Shown here: one piece after another, positions 51,001 through 63,650 of the stretch
Position numbering within the stretch: position 1 is the stretch's first letter
Layout of the letters: every line of letters starts with the position of its first letter
Source of the DNA: Eledone cirrhosa
Taxonomy: Eukaryota
Length of the DNA stretch: 64,000 nucleotides
NCBI GenBank assembly: GCA_964016885.1
Contig: OZ024741.1
Coordinates: forward strand, 311,612,001-311,676,000
Direction: 5' to 3'
Made by a program: the position numbers and the translations under genes
Notes under the pieces: generated by a model
Told to the model about the DNA's origin: nothing
The model's database searches: none
The model's input: the letters and a program-made list of their open reading frames with translations, nothing else

Positions 51001-53150
51001 CTTTTGGGGGAAGGATAGTTTTTCTGTCCTTCTCACTGCTTGTGGCTCACCCCGGAAGGATGTCTTTATAAATCCTCCTGGAAAGTTTTTGTCGGAAGTC
51101 TCCGATGTCCTTGGGGAAGTTTAATTTTAGTGTTGTGCATGTTTTCTGTGTGATGCGAGTGATTTGTATGTTTGTGGGTGGTGTGAATTTTTTGGGTGTT
51201 CTATAGTCTTTTTCTGAGATGCTGGTGTTGTGTTGGATGAAATGTAGCAATTGGTTCTTGTTCAAATTTAATGCTGTGAGGTGTGTATCGGTTTGGTCGC
51301 TTTGTTTTGTTTGCATTTCTTGTGGGTTTGTTTCTGTTAGGCTTATTTGTGATTTTTGGGGTGTTGGTGATGGTTGTGTTGCGGTTGATGATGGTGATGG
51401 AGTTAGTGTTTGTGGGTGGGCAGGTGAGGTGGTCTCAACTTTGTAGGTGATGACAAAGGCCTTTATGTGGGTTCCTCGGCAAGAAAACAACACACCTTGG
51501 CTTTCTACCCTCAACGATTACGGTGAGGTGGCTGCCGTCATAGAGGTCTATCACCTCTGGAATCTCTTGGATGTGTTTCTGGTCCGCTTGGATCAGGAGC
51601 TCCATCGAAGATCCGCACCAGTTCTCCTGTTTTACTTTGATCACTTAGATTGATTTTGTGTCAGCCTCTATGTCGTTGAGGAAGGCGGCCATTAGCGAGT
51701 GAATTTCAATGGCTGGTGGAACCTTGGTCACCCTGATCCTTACCAGCCTCTGACCACAATAACTTTGGATGAGTGTGAACTCGTCACTTTTTAATGGGGC
51801 CATGGTGTGTTCTCAGGCTTCCTGTGGGGTTTCAAAGAACACGTCCACGGTTCTATATTTTGTCCACGTCTGATGTGGGCTTTTTGAGCCTACACATGTC
51901 CCAAAGCCTTTTGGATCGGGACTCGGATACCCGCTCCACTCGGCGTGATTTTATATTTATTGTTCGAAATGATACGGTGCATAGACGCCGATGCTCCATG
52001 GTATTGGATTGGCTGATCCTGTAACCATATTTAGTAACATTCGCTTGGCTTTATTCAATTCTTCCTGGATACAATTCTTAGGGGATAGCGTCGATACACT
52101 CCTGGTTAGTTTGTATTTGCATGTGCATGCCTACACCTGACCAGTTCTCTCTCCCTATTTTCTCTAGTTGCAACATGGTCGTCTTGTCTTCGATTCCAGC
52201 AAGGACAGACGCTGCCAGCCAACGTATGGGCAGTCGGGCGGAACCGGTGTCACTTTGAACCTCACAATTTGCTGTCCACAGTAGGAGGGCATCAATACTA
52301 TCTCCTCACTCTTTAGGGTTACCAAAGTGTGAGACATCGCCTCCTGTGGGGTGGAAAAGTGTACGTCTACTGTGGCATATTTCTTTCCTCAGGTGATGTG
52401 GGTTTTGCGCGCACAGACGCACCCCGAGGCCTTTTGGATTTGAGTCTCCGTGGGTCTCTCCACCCGATGTGTAATTTTACTGACAGTGTTGTATGTCACC
52501 GTCCGTAAATGCTGGTCCTTGAATAAATAGGGTGGAGATTTCAGGGAGACTCGATTGGCATTTCTTGACACCATGACCCTTGCGACTGCCATCTCCTCCT
52601 CTGTGACTAGCACTGTTTCGATATTTAGGGCCACACCTGCAAAAGAAGCGACCCCTCTTTCAGCGGCACCAATATTGCTCTCGGTAATGCTGTCGCTACT
52701 TGTGTTGCTGTTGGTGCTGAGATCGTTGTTACTGGCATTGATGCCATTGTTGTTGTTTTCGTTGGTACTGTTGTTGTTGTTGTTATTGTTGTCATTGTTG
52801 TTGTATTTGTTGATACTGTTGCTGCTGTTACTGTTGTTGTGCCTGTTGTTATTATTGTTGTTTTTGTTGATACTGTTCCCACTGTTATTGTTGTTGTGGC
52901 TGTTGTTATTGTCATTGTTATTGTCTTTCTCGACCTTATCGCTCTTATTTTTGTTGTTGCTGTTGTTATTGATGGTGTTGTTGTTGGTGTTATTGTTGGT
53001 GTTGTTAGTGTTAGTAATATTTGATAATTTTAAGTCTGAAACAATATCATTAAAAAAGATATTGTTCCTCTTTTCCTTCGTAATATTTTCTGACTTGTTG
53101 ACATGTTGACAAAGTCTCCCTCTCTCTGATGTTTCTGACAGCTCTCTCTC
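48040..53150 (-). mobile_element. Tx1/L1-clade LINE with internal deletions and a chimeric/duplicated ORF1 region
   Basis: APE (IGSINAPGLG, AAYAPTG, SYLDRVF), RT (LDQSKTFDRVDHRYL, NADDVTV), and two different ORF1 segments at 51480-52070 and 52085-53100. Confidence 0.88.
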
Positions 53151-53326
53151 ACATTTTTGTTGAACGAATTTTCATTTTTTCAAAATTGTTTTTCATAATA
53201 CGGCACCCCATAAAGGGGTGCCGTATTATTTACGAGTGAACCCCTGTATTAGGTGGGTCATATCTAATATTTTATCAAGTTTAAAACTTGAATAAAAGGT
53301 TAAGAACGTGGCTTCACCGTCCATAA

Positions 53327-53560
53327 TCTATATATCTAAAACAGGAATGTCTGTCTGTCTATCTCTCTGTCTGTCTGATTCAAACTTTACACATGTAATA
53401 CCTATGGTCGTGTGAGTGTTTTGTGCAAAACATATTTCGAATTTTCAATGCCCTAGGGACCACATTAGGCGCCGTTTAGCGATCTCTCTAATTCTTAGTC
53501 TGTCTTTTTAGATAGATGCATAGCTATGACGTCGCGCCATTGTAATAACTGTCTCTATTC
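53327..53560 (+). mobile_element. Helitron 5' fragment
   Basis: Starts TCTATATATCTAAAACAGGAATGTCTGTCTG. 53494-53537 matches the reverse complement of 25460-25503. Confidence 0.55.
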
Positions 53561-53632
53561 CTTTTCAGTTTCAGAAGATCCCGTTAATGGTGAAAGCAGC
53601 GATATCTGCTTAAACATTAATCTGTAGTTATT

Positions 53633-53673
<41 letters not shown>

Positions 53674-53677
<4 letters not shown>

Positions 53678-55701
53678 GATGAATATAAAATGAAAGTGCT
53701 TTTTTTTAAAAAGGAATTTATTAGGTATTGACATATGTTTCTGTAACAGACTGAATACCTATGTATCGCTGCTTGCGTAATCATATAACGTTAGCAAGTA
53801 TTCGATAGCAAATGTATAATCAGCTGTCACTTCTTCAGAGATTTTGGATAAATTGGATAAAATCAGAACCTTAAATGAGAACCTTACATATGTAAATACG
53901 AGTTCTAACCATCCACTCTCTATAATTAAATCCATCCCTAGAAATGTTTCTCTTAGAATCTCCCGCCTGTCGTCCAACCAACAAACCTTCAAAGAACATG
54001 CCGAATATTATGATGATGCACTTAGGAAAGCCGGTCACCTAGATAATATAGAGTATATAGTCAAAGATCACCAAAGACACCCAAAATAAATCCCATAGGA
54101 GTAGAAATAGTACAGAATCACCACCATACGTACACTACCGCAATAGACACAATAATAGTCGCACACCACCAAACAGAAGGCGATGTAAGGAGTATATTTG
54201 GTACAACCCGGTCTATAACAACTCTATTAAAACCAATCTACCCTCAAAATTCTTTCGATTAGTTAAAAAACACTTTCCAACATCACATAAATATAATAAA
54301 ATCTTAAACCCTAACACTATTCGACTTTCATATTCAACCGCTCCTAATATTGAACAACATATAAAAAAGCTTAACGCAAAACGGTTGTATAAACGCCTTC
54401 CAACACATAACAATACACGTAAAACATTAGCTATAACATCACAAAACAACAAACAACATCCTGTCCTACATAAGCAACCTCATCAACACATCCATGGCAA
54501 TACAACAACGCAAAATTATAATTGCAACTGTGTCCAACCAGGAATGTGTCCGTTGAACAATCAGTGTCTTGAACGCAACATCGTATACAAATGTACTATC
54601 GAATCGGATAGACAGAAGTGGTACTATGTGGGATCTACAGCCACCTCCTTCAAATCACGCCTTTATAGACATCGTTACTCGATAAAACATGAAAACCAGC
54701 GTTATGTAACAACACTCGCAGACAAGGCTTGGCAGCTGCGTAAAAATAACCAACAATTTCACCTAAAATGGGATATAATAGTGGCTGCCCCCCCCCATAT
54801 ATTCCCATGGAGAGGAATTTTGTAAATTATGTAATGTAGAATTATTTTGTATTATGAAATCCAAAAACATTTTATTAAATAACAGAATAGAGCGATCGTT
54901 ATACTGTAACCATCGCTTAAAATCTACATTTTCATATTATAAATACTACCAGGATTGAACGCCTGTCTCTATCCCCGTTTGATTGTCAAAATAGATATTA
55001 ACATTCTTTATTAGTCTTAATTCTATCAACTCTTCTATTATTTACCATTTAATATAAACTGCTATAGATAAAATGAGATTTCTGATTTCTTGATTCAATT
55101 CCCTAATGCATATACCAGCTGGCTACTAGCATTGATGTTCTTTAGTAGCAATCGAAATCTCCCCCTTCCCCAATTGACTCTTTATAATTAATACTACTGC
55201 ACCAAATGACCAGCCCTGTCCACTGTCCAGTTGGTCAAGTAGAGATTAAAATTGGCACTCCCAAAATTCTTATTTAGATTTACTCATGGTATTCTCATTA
55301 GAAACCCATTATATACTTGTTTAGCAGTAAATTAATTTACCATCTGTCATATACTATCCCCTCTGTTTCTTCCTCTATTACTAATATAAATACTTCAATT
55401 TTTCTGATTTTATCCAATTTATCCAAAATCTCTGAAGAAGTGACAACTGATTATACATTTGCTATCGAATACTTGCTAACATTATATGATTACGCAAGCA
55501 GCGATACATAGGTATTCAGTCTGTTACAGAAACATATGTCAATACCTAATAAATTCCTTTTTTAAAAAAAGCACTTTCATTTTATATTCATCCTTTCTAC
55601 ATTTTCTCCGGAATATAATTTATACTCGTTGAGCAAACCTGCACGTACGCTGTTCATCTCTAACGTAACGATATATTATCACTACATTATTGATAACCTG
55701 A

Positions 55702-55705
<4 letters not shown>
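53674..55705 (+). mobile_element. 5'-truncated Penelope-like element (Naiad-like) with an inverted 5' pLTR
   Basis: YVNTSSNHP, IWYNP, CNCVQPGMCPLNNQCL...VYKC...YYVGSTATSFKSR. 53674-53868 is the reverse complement of 55402-55596. Flanked by (TA)n. HHR-like CTGAAGA...GAAA-CATATG-TC at 55432-55540. Confidence 0.9.
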
Positions 55706-55740
<35 letters not shown>

Positions 55741-55878
55741 CCCAAGTCACATTGGATGAATAGGCAAATAATTTACCGTTCCTTCTCTTTTTTGTTGTTG
55801 TTTTTGCAGCTGTGGAGCCTCGTGAAATAAATACTTTTGTTTATATTTTGTATACAAAAATATATGTACACGAATATA

Positions 55879-55923
<45 letters not shown>

Positions 55924-55927
<4 letters not shown>

Positions 55928-56092
55928 CGCGTAAAATTCCCGAGATCCATGGACGAGTTCTCTCCAGCGATCTCTGTCCCTCATTATCACTGCCATGTCC
56001 TGCGTCTCCAACAGACCAGTGTCTGTCCTTAGGGCATCAACATACTTTAACCTTGGTCTTCTTCTTCCAGTGTGTCAATGTAGGTTTTCCTT
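55924..56092 (-). mobile_element. 3'-terminal fragment of the RTE family seen at 34540-34700
   Basis: Shares cccgagatccatggacgagttctctccagcg...gtctgtccttagg. Confidence 0.85.
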
Positions 56093-57036
56093 GCAGTTAA
56101 AATGATATGAATTTCATCGCTAGATAAATCAGTATATTTAGATGCGTATATAAGGGCTTTATTAAACATTTTAAAAGATATACTAGGGCTTTATTTAAAC
56201 ATTGTAAAAGATTGTTGTGTATCTTCGGTGTTATTTTGGGGTTTTTTTAAATCTCTTAAAACTTTTTATAGTCTTTTATAGTCTTAATTTTTATAGTTTT
56301 ATAGTCTTAATTTTTATAGTCTGAAATTTTAAATGGTTTTAGTATATACTTTTAATTAATTATTTAATCTTTTGTAAACTTTCGTAATTTTTCGTAATCT
56401 TTGTTATTTTTCTAAGTTATTAAGATTTGACTTACAACCAGTAACAAAGTCTGGGTCATTATATCTTTTAAACATATTTTTGTCAAACTTATCTCGCAAT
56501 AACCAATAAATAAACAAAACTGGATTTTCAATATTTTTCCAATGTATAAAATTATGCATTTAAATAATTTATCATCTATAACATGACATACTCATCTATA
56601 TTCATATATTCTTATTAATATATTTTAATATATTTTATTTTATTATATCTTTATTTTTTAACATATCTTTATTTTTAATATAAATATAGGATAAAAAAAT
56701 AATGTATTTACGATATACGTTACTCATCCTTGGATAAGCTTATTTCTTCGCACTCTCTTCCTTCACTTTTTTCACTATAACCCTGCATATAATAATATTT
56801 TTTTCTCTCTTTCGTTTTCTCTCTTCTTTCTCTTTTTTCTCTCTTTTTTCTCTCTCTTCTTCCAACAGTATAATTTAAATAAACGGTGGTCTTTTCAATT
56901 TTTTCGGACATTCATTTGCATACTCACACAGAACTTTGAAATACACTCAATAAAAAAAATTTCCACTATCCAGCGAACCTTCAACCGTCAAGGTTGATTT
57001 TCTAAGGGTATGTGAACATTTACTAAACAAATTTTG

Positions 57037-57101
57037 TATTTTATCTGATGGAATCGCACCAAAACTGCATTGGTTGCCCTTCAAATATATATAATAAAAT
57101 A
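57037..57101 (+). ncRNA. Degenerate family C hammerhead
   Basis: TATTTTAT-CTGATGG...CAAA-TATATA-TA-ATAAAATA, followed by the family tail ATGGTTTTATAAATATAGTTTCC. Confidence 0.55.
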
Positions 57102-57144
57102 ATTATGGTTTTATAAATATAGTTTCCATTTATTAATATATTGT

Positions 57145-57194
<50 letters not shown>

Positions 57195-57665
57195 CTAGCA
57201 GAGGTACCCGGCGTTCCTCGGATATTAAATAACAGTTGTGTATACCATTTATGTCAATACTTCAGTGCTGCTTCGAATACTATACTTTTACAAAATCATC
57301 GGCTTTTTCCAAAAGGGGGTACCTGTCCCCAGGGGCGCACTACCCAACATGTGCCAATTCTGAGAGTTCACATACATCTGTAGGACAAACGTAGCCCTTG
57401 TGTCAAGTTTTGTTAAAATCGGTTGCGTTATGACGTTTTGTTGCATTGCACCGCAGGGCTTCAGTCGACTCCAAGGAAATGGTTAAACTGGTTAAAGGGG
57501 TTATCTGCCGGGGGGGGGGGGGGCTATAATCAATATCTGGCAAAATGACAGTGCCCATGACCATCCGGAGTACATAAGTAACCTATGTCTTAAGTTTGGT
57601 GAAAATACTGTAGAAATGCATAACGTTTATACATATGCGCGTGAGTTCGTGTGTGTGCGTGTGCG

Positions 57666-57702
<37 letters not shown>

Positions 57703-57800
57703 GTGGGTAGGTGTGTATGTATTTGTGTGTGCGTATATATGTGTATGTCCGTCGCGGCATACGTATGTACTGGCCTATATCTTCACTATTTACTTTCAGT
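57195..57800 (-). mobile_element. Non-autonomous Helitron-like element (3' end clear, 5' end uncertain)
   Basis: Minus strand ccgaggaacgccgggtacctctgCTAG. Confidence 0.5.
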
Positions 57801-58267
57801 ATTTTAATGAACCTGTCATTTTCGTTTTCAATTTTATTTACATCATTCTTAAACCCCGAGGCTTGAAATCATTCTGTTATTTTAAAAAGAATATTAGTCT
57901 AACGACTCCAGTTATACCATAAACTTGGTTTTGTCTGAGCATGAAATTGTTCTTCACGCTCCACATAACGACGTATTATCCTCGCTTTTTTCCAGTTCAT
58001 TGCCAGACAACGAACCAAAATATCGCCTTCCTGTTTGCGTTCGGTTGCAACGTTTCTCGAAATAATTACTTCTCAGTTCAATTTGAATGGGAAATTGCTG
58101 TTTCATCGATTTTCTCCTTAATCATGGAAGCTTGTAGCTTGAAAGTCGACCCAACGCCTCCTCGGCTCATTCTACATAACTGCGTAAATTTTCGTTGCAT
58201 TCAACCAAGCCGTTTCGACGTTTATCCCACTACACCTACATATACCACTTCCAATTTATATAGTAGA

Positions 58268-59388
58268 CTAGCAGCTGAGCCCGGTTGCACCCGGGGCCAC
58301 TTTTTATTAAATTAATAATTTGAAAAATATTATTGAAAGTTTATTATAAAGAAGCAGTTTCATGGAAAAAAATAGAAATATGCACTTGGGGCTGGACGGC
58401 GTACAATGAGAAGTGGAGCGGCATGAAAAGCGTTGTTTATTAACAGCCAAATAGCAATGTCGATGATATGCAATTTGAAAAATACTACTTATTGTTAGTG
58501 GTGGTTAACATGTATTAGAATTAAAATAAAAATACGCATCGCTTCTTCGCAATTTAAGGGTTTGGCGATACTTGGTTTTAGTATCCTAAATTATCATCAT
58601 CGACATTCAATTATTAGCTCCCCCCCACTACACGAAACGTCACGACACGCCACTAGCTGCTGCGGCTTGATTTTTATATGTTCATGCTTCATTTTTATAC
58701 GAAACAACATTGAATTTTTAGAATAAATATTTATTAAAATATTAACAGAGAAAATCAGATTTTTGATTTATTTTTTGAACAAAATAAATATTTATTTACA
58801 GCTTTTCACAGAAAAACTATGCTTCATTTTTACATGAATATTTATTTACAGTTTTTAACAGAAAAAAAATTCCTGCGAAATACATTTTTTGTTTAACAAA
58901 TTTACAGTTTTTAACAACAGAAAAAAAATTCCTGTAAACAATATATTGTTTCGATATACAGTTTAAAATTTGTTCGAAACATTTACCTTCGTGACGTATC
59001 GTGTAGTGGGTGGAGCTAATAATTGAATGTCGATGATGATAATTCAGGACACTAAAACCAAGTATCGCCAAGGGTTTTATTTCTTTTGATGGGAAACAGA
59101 ATCGATTTAATAAAACGGTACTGTATGATCGTTAAATGTAGAAGGATGATGAAATTGTAAATAAGACAAAAGTATTAGAACAGGGGGAAATAACTGACCG
59201 AAGGCGATAGTTTTGGGGCCCCAGTGACCACATTTTTCAAGTTAGAGATTTGAAACCTCATCTATTTGCTTCTTTGGCACTTTTTACATAGGTGTGTAAA
59301 TTCTCCTGTCAGTCCGACCACGTCTATTACCATTTAACCGTGCACATTTGAATTTCAACCACCGCCCATTTCACGAATATATATTAGA
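58268..59388 (-). mobile_element. Non-autonomous Helitron; its 5' about 240 bp are duplicated at 60710-60950
   Basis: 3' end cccgggtgcaaccgggctcagctgCTAG and 5' end TCTAATATATATT. Confidence 0.65.
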
Positions 59389-59497
59389 TTTGTTTATATA
59401 TGAATGACAAAAAGGAAAATACAAAACTATACATGAATTGTTTCTACTAAACCTTCAATTTAAGACACAACCAACATATTTGATAGGACTCCTGCTC

Positions 59498-59498
<1 letters not shown>

Positions 59499-59528
<30 letters not shown>

Positions 59529-59637
59529 CTTCTTCTTCTTCTTCTTCTTCTTCTTCTTCTTCTTCTTCTTCTTCTTCTTCTTCTTCTTCTTCTTCTTCTT
59601 CTTCTTCTTCTTCTTCTTCTTCTTCTTCTTCTTCTTT
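59499..59637. repeat. (TTC)n microsatellite
   Basis: Directly visible. Confidence 0.98.
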
Positions 59638-60434
59638 TGCTCCCCCAAGAACAATGGGCTGCGATCCACCCCCACACAACGTCATGTTCTGAGTCTGCTT
59701 TTCAACTCCACTGTGATGCACGCTGCGTCATGGTGTATCTAGCCATTTTTTTAGGTCTTACTACGGCTGATTTCTTCCAGAGAGAAAGAAAGAGATGGAA
59801 AAAGGCAGAGAAGATTCATCCCCGGAGGAATAATAAAAAATGTTTACACTGTACATTTCATTTTTTCAAAGCAAAATCTGCCGATCCAGAATCAGTAATT
59901 CAACTCCCTGAAAACTTTCAAATATATGCTGTTCTAGCATGAATATTATGCTAAGGATAAGTTGTCCACAAAGTAAGATTTACTTGCATATCCCCGCTTA
60001 TATAAACACATAAATACATGCATACATACATCACAGTTGATATTTCTTTTTATTAAAGCGTTTTCATATTATATATATGTATATATATATATATATAGAA
60101 GTTAATATGTCCAGGGATACTAGGTACCCGTAGAAATACATAGGTTGTCTATGATTCAAGGTTGTTCAATGGTGTATGTATTTCTAGGGGTACCTAGTAT
60201 CCCTGGACATATTAACTTCTACCTTTTTCTCCGTCCGTTGAGAACAAATCTGTTGCTCTACTTGGCTGCTATTTTTTTAGTAGTAATTGTAGACAGCAAG
60301 TCTTTGATTTTCCCGCTTTTACTTCGGTCCAGTTTACATACGGGTCACTTTTACGACCTTTCAGACCTTTATTAGCTGGCAGGAGGTTGTATATTTTCTC
60401 GTTCCTGGGACGTTTAGCCCTAGGAAGGGAAAAT

Positions 60435-60516
60435 GCTTCTCTGATGAGCTTTGGTTTTCCATCATAAATCCATCGGATTTATGAGGTTTTACAAAGCGAA
60501 ACTGATCAGTAAGGGC
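60435..60516 (+). ncRNA. Type I hammerhead ribozyme in a pLTR-like unit (60096-60600) that starts with a fold-back palindrome
   Basis: CTGATGA-GCTTTG...TCATAAATCC-atc-GGATTTATGA...CAAAGC-GAAA-CTGATCAG-TA. Palindrome at 60096-60221; (TA)n on both sides. Confidence 0.82.
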
Positions 60517-60596
60517 CACTAGAAGAGGTAAATATTTATATTATATTTTTTAATGTATTTTGAAAAATTGATTGAATTTTACTTGTTCTGCTTATC

Positions 60597-60654
<58 letters not shown>

Positions 60655-61465
60655 CGAAACATAAGTCAATTGCATGAACTCATAATCTTTTATTTACTGC
60701 TTTATTTGTATGAAATTGTAAATAAGTCAAAAGTATTAGAACAGGGGGAAATAACTCACCGAATGCGATAGTTTTGGAGACCCAGGGACCACATTTTTCA
60801 AGTTAGAGATTTGAAACCTCGTCTATTTGCTTCCTTGGCACTTTTACCATAGGTGTGTAAATGTTCATGTCAGTCCGACCACGTCTACTACCATTTAACC
60901 GTGCACATCTGAATTTCAACCGCCACACATTTCACAAATATATATTAGATTATATATTCGTGTACATATATTTGTGTATACACAATAACAAAATATAAAC
61001 TAAAGTATTTATTTCACGAGGCTCCATAGCAGCAAAAACAGCAACCAATAAGAGAGGGAACGCAATTACATGCTTTTGAAAAATCTTAACGGTAAATTAT
61101 TTGCCTATTCACCCAAGGTGACTTCACTTTTTATTAGGACTTCTGCATCAATTGGTGAACATACGACGAAACTGTTTCAGAAACGAGGGATAAACATCTA
61201 TGTTTAGAATCCCGAACAACGCCAGGCTATTCTGCTAGTATAACTATAATAAAGAAAGGATTGCAGGACTGCACCCAGAATATATTTTTTTATCCTGTTT
61301 GTAAAATAAGTTGGATTACTTTGAATAATTAATGAATGAATAATACATAATTTATCTACTAAATTTCGTAACACTTGATTAAACATATATTAAAAATATT
61401 ATTGCATAATTCAAGAATCACTTCGTTTAAAGAATTCAAATTTCAATAAATCCGGTATATCTATA

Positions 61466-61498
<33 letters not shown>

Positions 61499-61802
61499 TT
61501 ATATATATATAGAGATTTCTAATTACCTCCTCCATTATATATATATTGTATGCCTTTTGTGTGTGTGTAGCCTCTGCACACCCTCTGTACCCTACTATCG
61601 ACGCCACCCCATCTATGGCTCAACTAACCACTCGACTCCCGGGAATGAATATGACCACAGCTAGTAAACAAGGACCCAAACCCCACCCTCCCGCACCAAA
61701 ATTAGACTTATCGTCCCCTGCTTTTGCTCTTTACTCTCTTTACTCTTTGTTCTTGAAATTTTGGTTGGTAGAGTCCATAACACCAATCAAACCCCTTTTA
61801 TA

Positions 61803-61847
61803 GCTCTGACGAATCCTACGGTTACGTAAGGAAGAAACATTGTAAGC
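61803..61847 (+). ncRNA. Minimal type I hammerhead ribozyme followed by AATAAA
   Basis: GCT-CTGACGA-a-TCCT-ACG-gtta-CGT-a-AGGA-a-GAAA-CATTG-TA-AGC-c-AATAAA. Confidence 0.75.
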
Positions 61848-62329
61848 CAATAAAAATCTTTTGATGTTGTTAACCTCGGCGGGATTTGAACTCACCTCGG
61901 CGGGATGATTAATTTGAATAAATAATGAATGAATGTAACATAATTTATCTACTAAATTTCGTGGTGTTCATTAAATATATTTTATTATTTATTTAATGAT
62001 TCACTTCTTTAAAATTTTCAAATGTCAACACTTCGGGTGGCGATCGCTTAAATGAACATACTAATTTTCTGTCACTAAATTTCTGCTAATGCAGTTTATT
62101 TATAATATCATCTTTTTTTAACGTATCATGGATTACGTTACTGATTACATAAGAGAGTGTAACACAGTCTTCGTTCAATTTGTATGTATATTGTCAATTA
62201 CGATTTTATTTGATGTATCATATCTACATTTATATATACTTGCGTATAATATCAATATACGCACTTCACATGCTAGCTGAAAACCACCCAACGGGTGGTT
62301 TTTCTGCTAGCTAAATATACAGGTTACAG

Positions 62330-62880
62330 AACGAAAACACTAACAAATATAATATATACAAAGGAAAGGGAAAGGAAAAAAAGAAAGAGAAAAAATACAC
62401 ACAACTTAGACCACACAGAACAATATGTAGGCGAAAGGGGTGGACAAACGAGGCGCTACCAGAGCAAAAGATAACAATATAGCGAGGAGCACTGGGAAAC
62501 CTCTCTAATAATTTTTGAGGCAAGCAGTACACTCGCACCGTTACCTGGGGTGATGGTGAGACTGAGGTGCATGAACAACCAAGTGCCTTCACAAGCATCA
62601 CCAGTTACCTTTGTGTGGCGAGCCACCAGTGAAGATAAGAACCTCGCTGTCAGTCGCCCGACTACCCCAAACGTCTCGAACGCCACAGGCTGGATAATTT
62701 GTTAGCTGACAGAACACGGTATTTTACGATTTTGTTCCGTTCAGTTGCGGATGCAGTAGCTCTGGCCCTTACCGCTGCATCCAGGATGTGGGAAGAAGCA
62801 AGAGAGTCACTAACTGTGACGTCACAGGAAAGGCACCTGACTCTTGAGCAGAAGTAAGACCAGGAGTAAGACCGTCAAGT
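62330..62880 (-). mobile_element. 3' fragment of a CRE-like non-LTR retrotransposon (RLE domain)
   Basis: DGLT...DVTVSDSLASSHI...KIVKY...VAFETFGVVG...FLSSL...VTGDA.EGTWLFMHLSLTITPGNGASVL. Confidence 0.7.
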
Positions 62881-63139
62881 CTTTTTCTATCAATTCTGAA
62901 CAATCCAGACGGTTCCAAAATTGAAGGGATGTTTTCTCGGGCCAAAGCTCTAAAGTGGTAATAGGACAGTGTATGTATGTGCTCGCGCGTGATTTTGTCG
63001 ACGTTCTTAAATTAGAGACATGTGTGTGTGTGTGTGTGTGTGTTACTGTTTTTAAGTTAGAGACATATATGTGTCTATCCCTTTCCTTCCTTTTACACAC
63101 ACATACATTCACACAAACACACATACACATTGTGTGATG

Positions 63140-63650
63140 GACATGTGGAAAGAAGTCCTTCAAATTTATATACTTGTGAATGGAGTTTATGCTGAAGCAG
63201 TTAGAGAAGTTCAAATATCTTTGAGCCGTTTTCATGAGTGGTGGTATGCAGGAGGCTGAATTAAGTGCAAGAATTGCAAAAGCTGACGCTGTAATACGCC
63301 AGCCTCAGCATTCAGCAATAAGAAGAAGGGGGGTAGGTGTAAAAGTCAAACTCGATGTCTTCCTTCTATTCCTGTCAATTCTTACTGAGGATCATGAATC
63401 TTAATGGGATTCCTCCTAAGAGTCTCTGGAGTAATGTTACTCGATAAAGTGTATAGCTCAGAGACTAGAGAGTCACTCCTGGTAGAGAGGCAACTTCTTC
63501 GAATTAAGAGATCACAACTGCGATATTATGAGCATGTGGTTAGAATGTTTCAGTAACGAATCGCTAGACACATTTTACAGACAAAAACCAAGCGGCAAGA
63601 GACCTCGAGGTAGACCCTAAGCAATATAGTTGCATAACATTGCTGGAAGG
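63140..63650 (+). mobile_element. Decayed RTE-clade LINE 3' fragment
   Basis: LKQLEKFKYL...ELSARIAKA...LLRIKRSQLRYYEHVVRM...KPSGKRPRGRP across frameshifts. Confidence 0.75.

Noticed and set aside
53195-53229. GC-stem hairpin as a terminator
   Set aside because: The hairpin is real, but intrinsic terminators are not meaningful in this eukaryotic context and no function can be supported.
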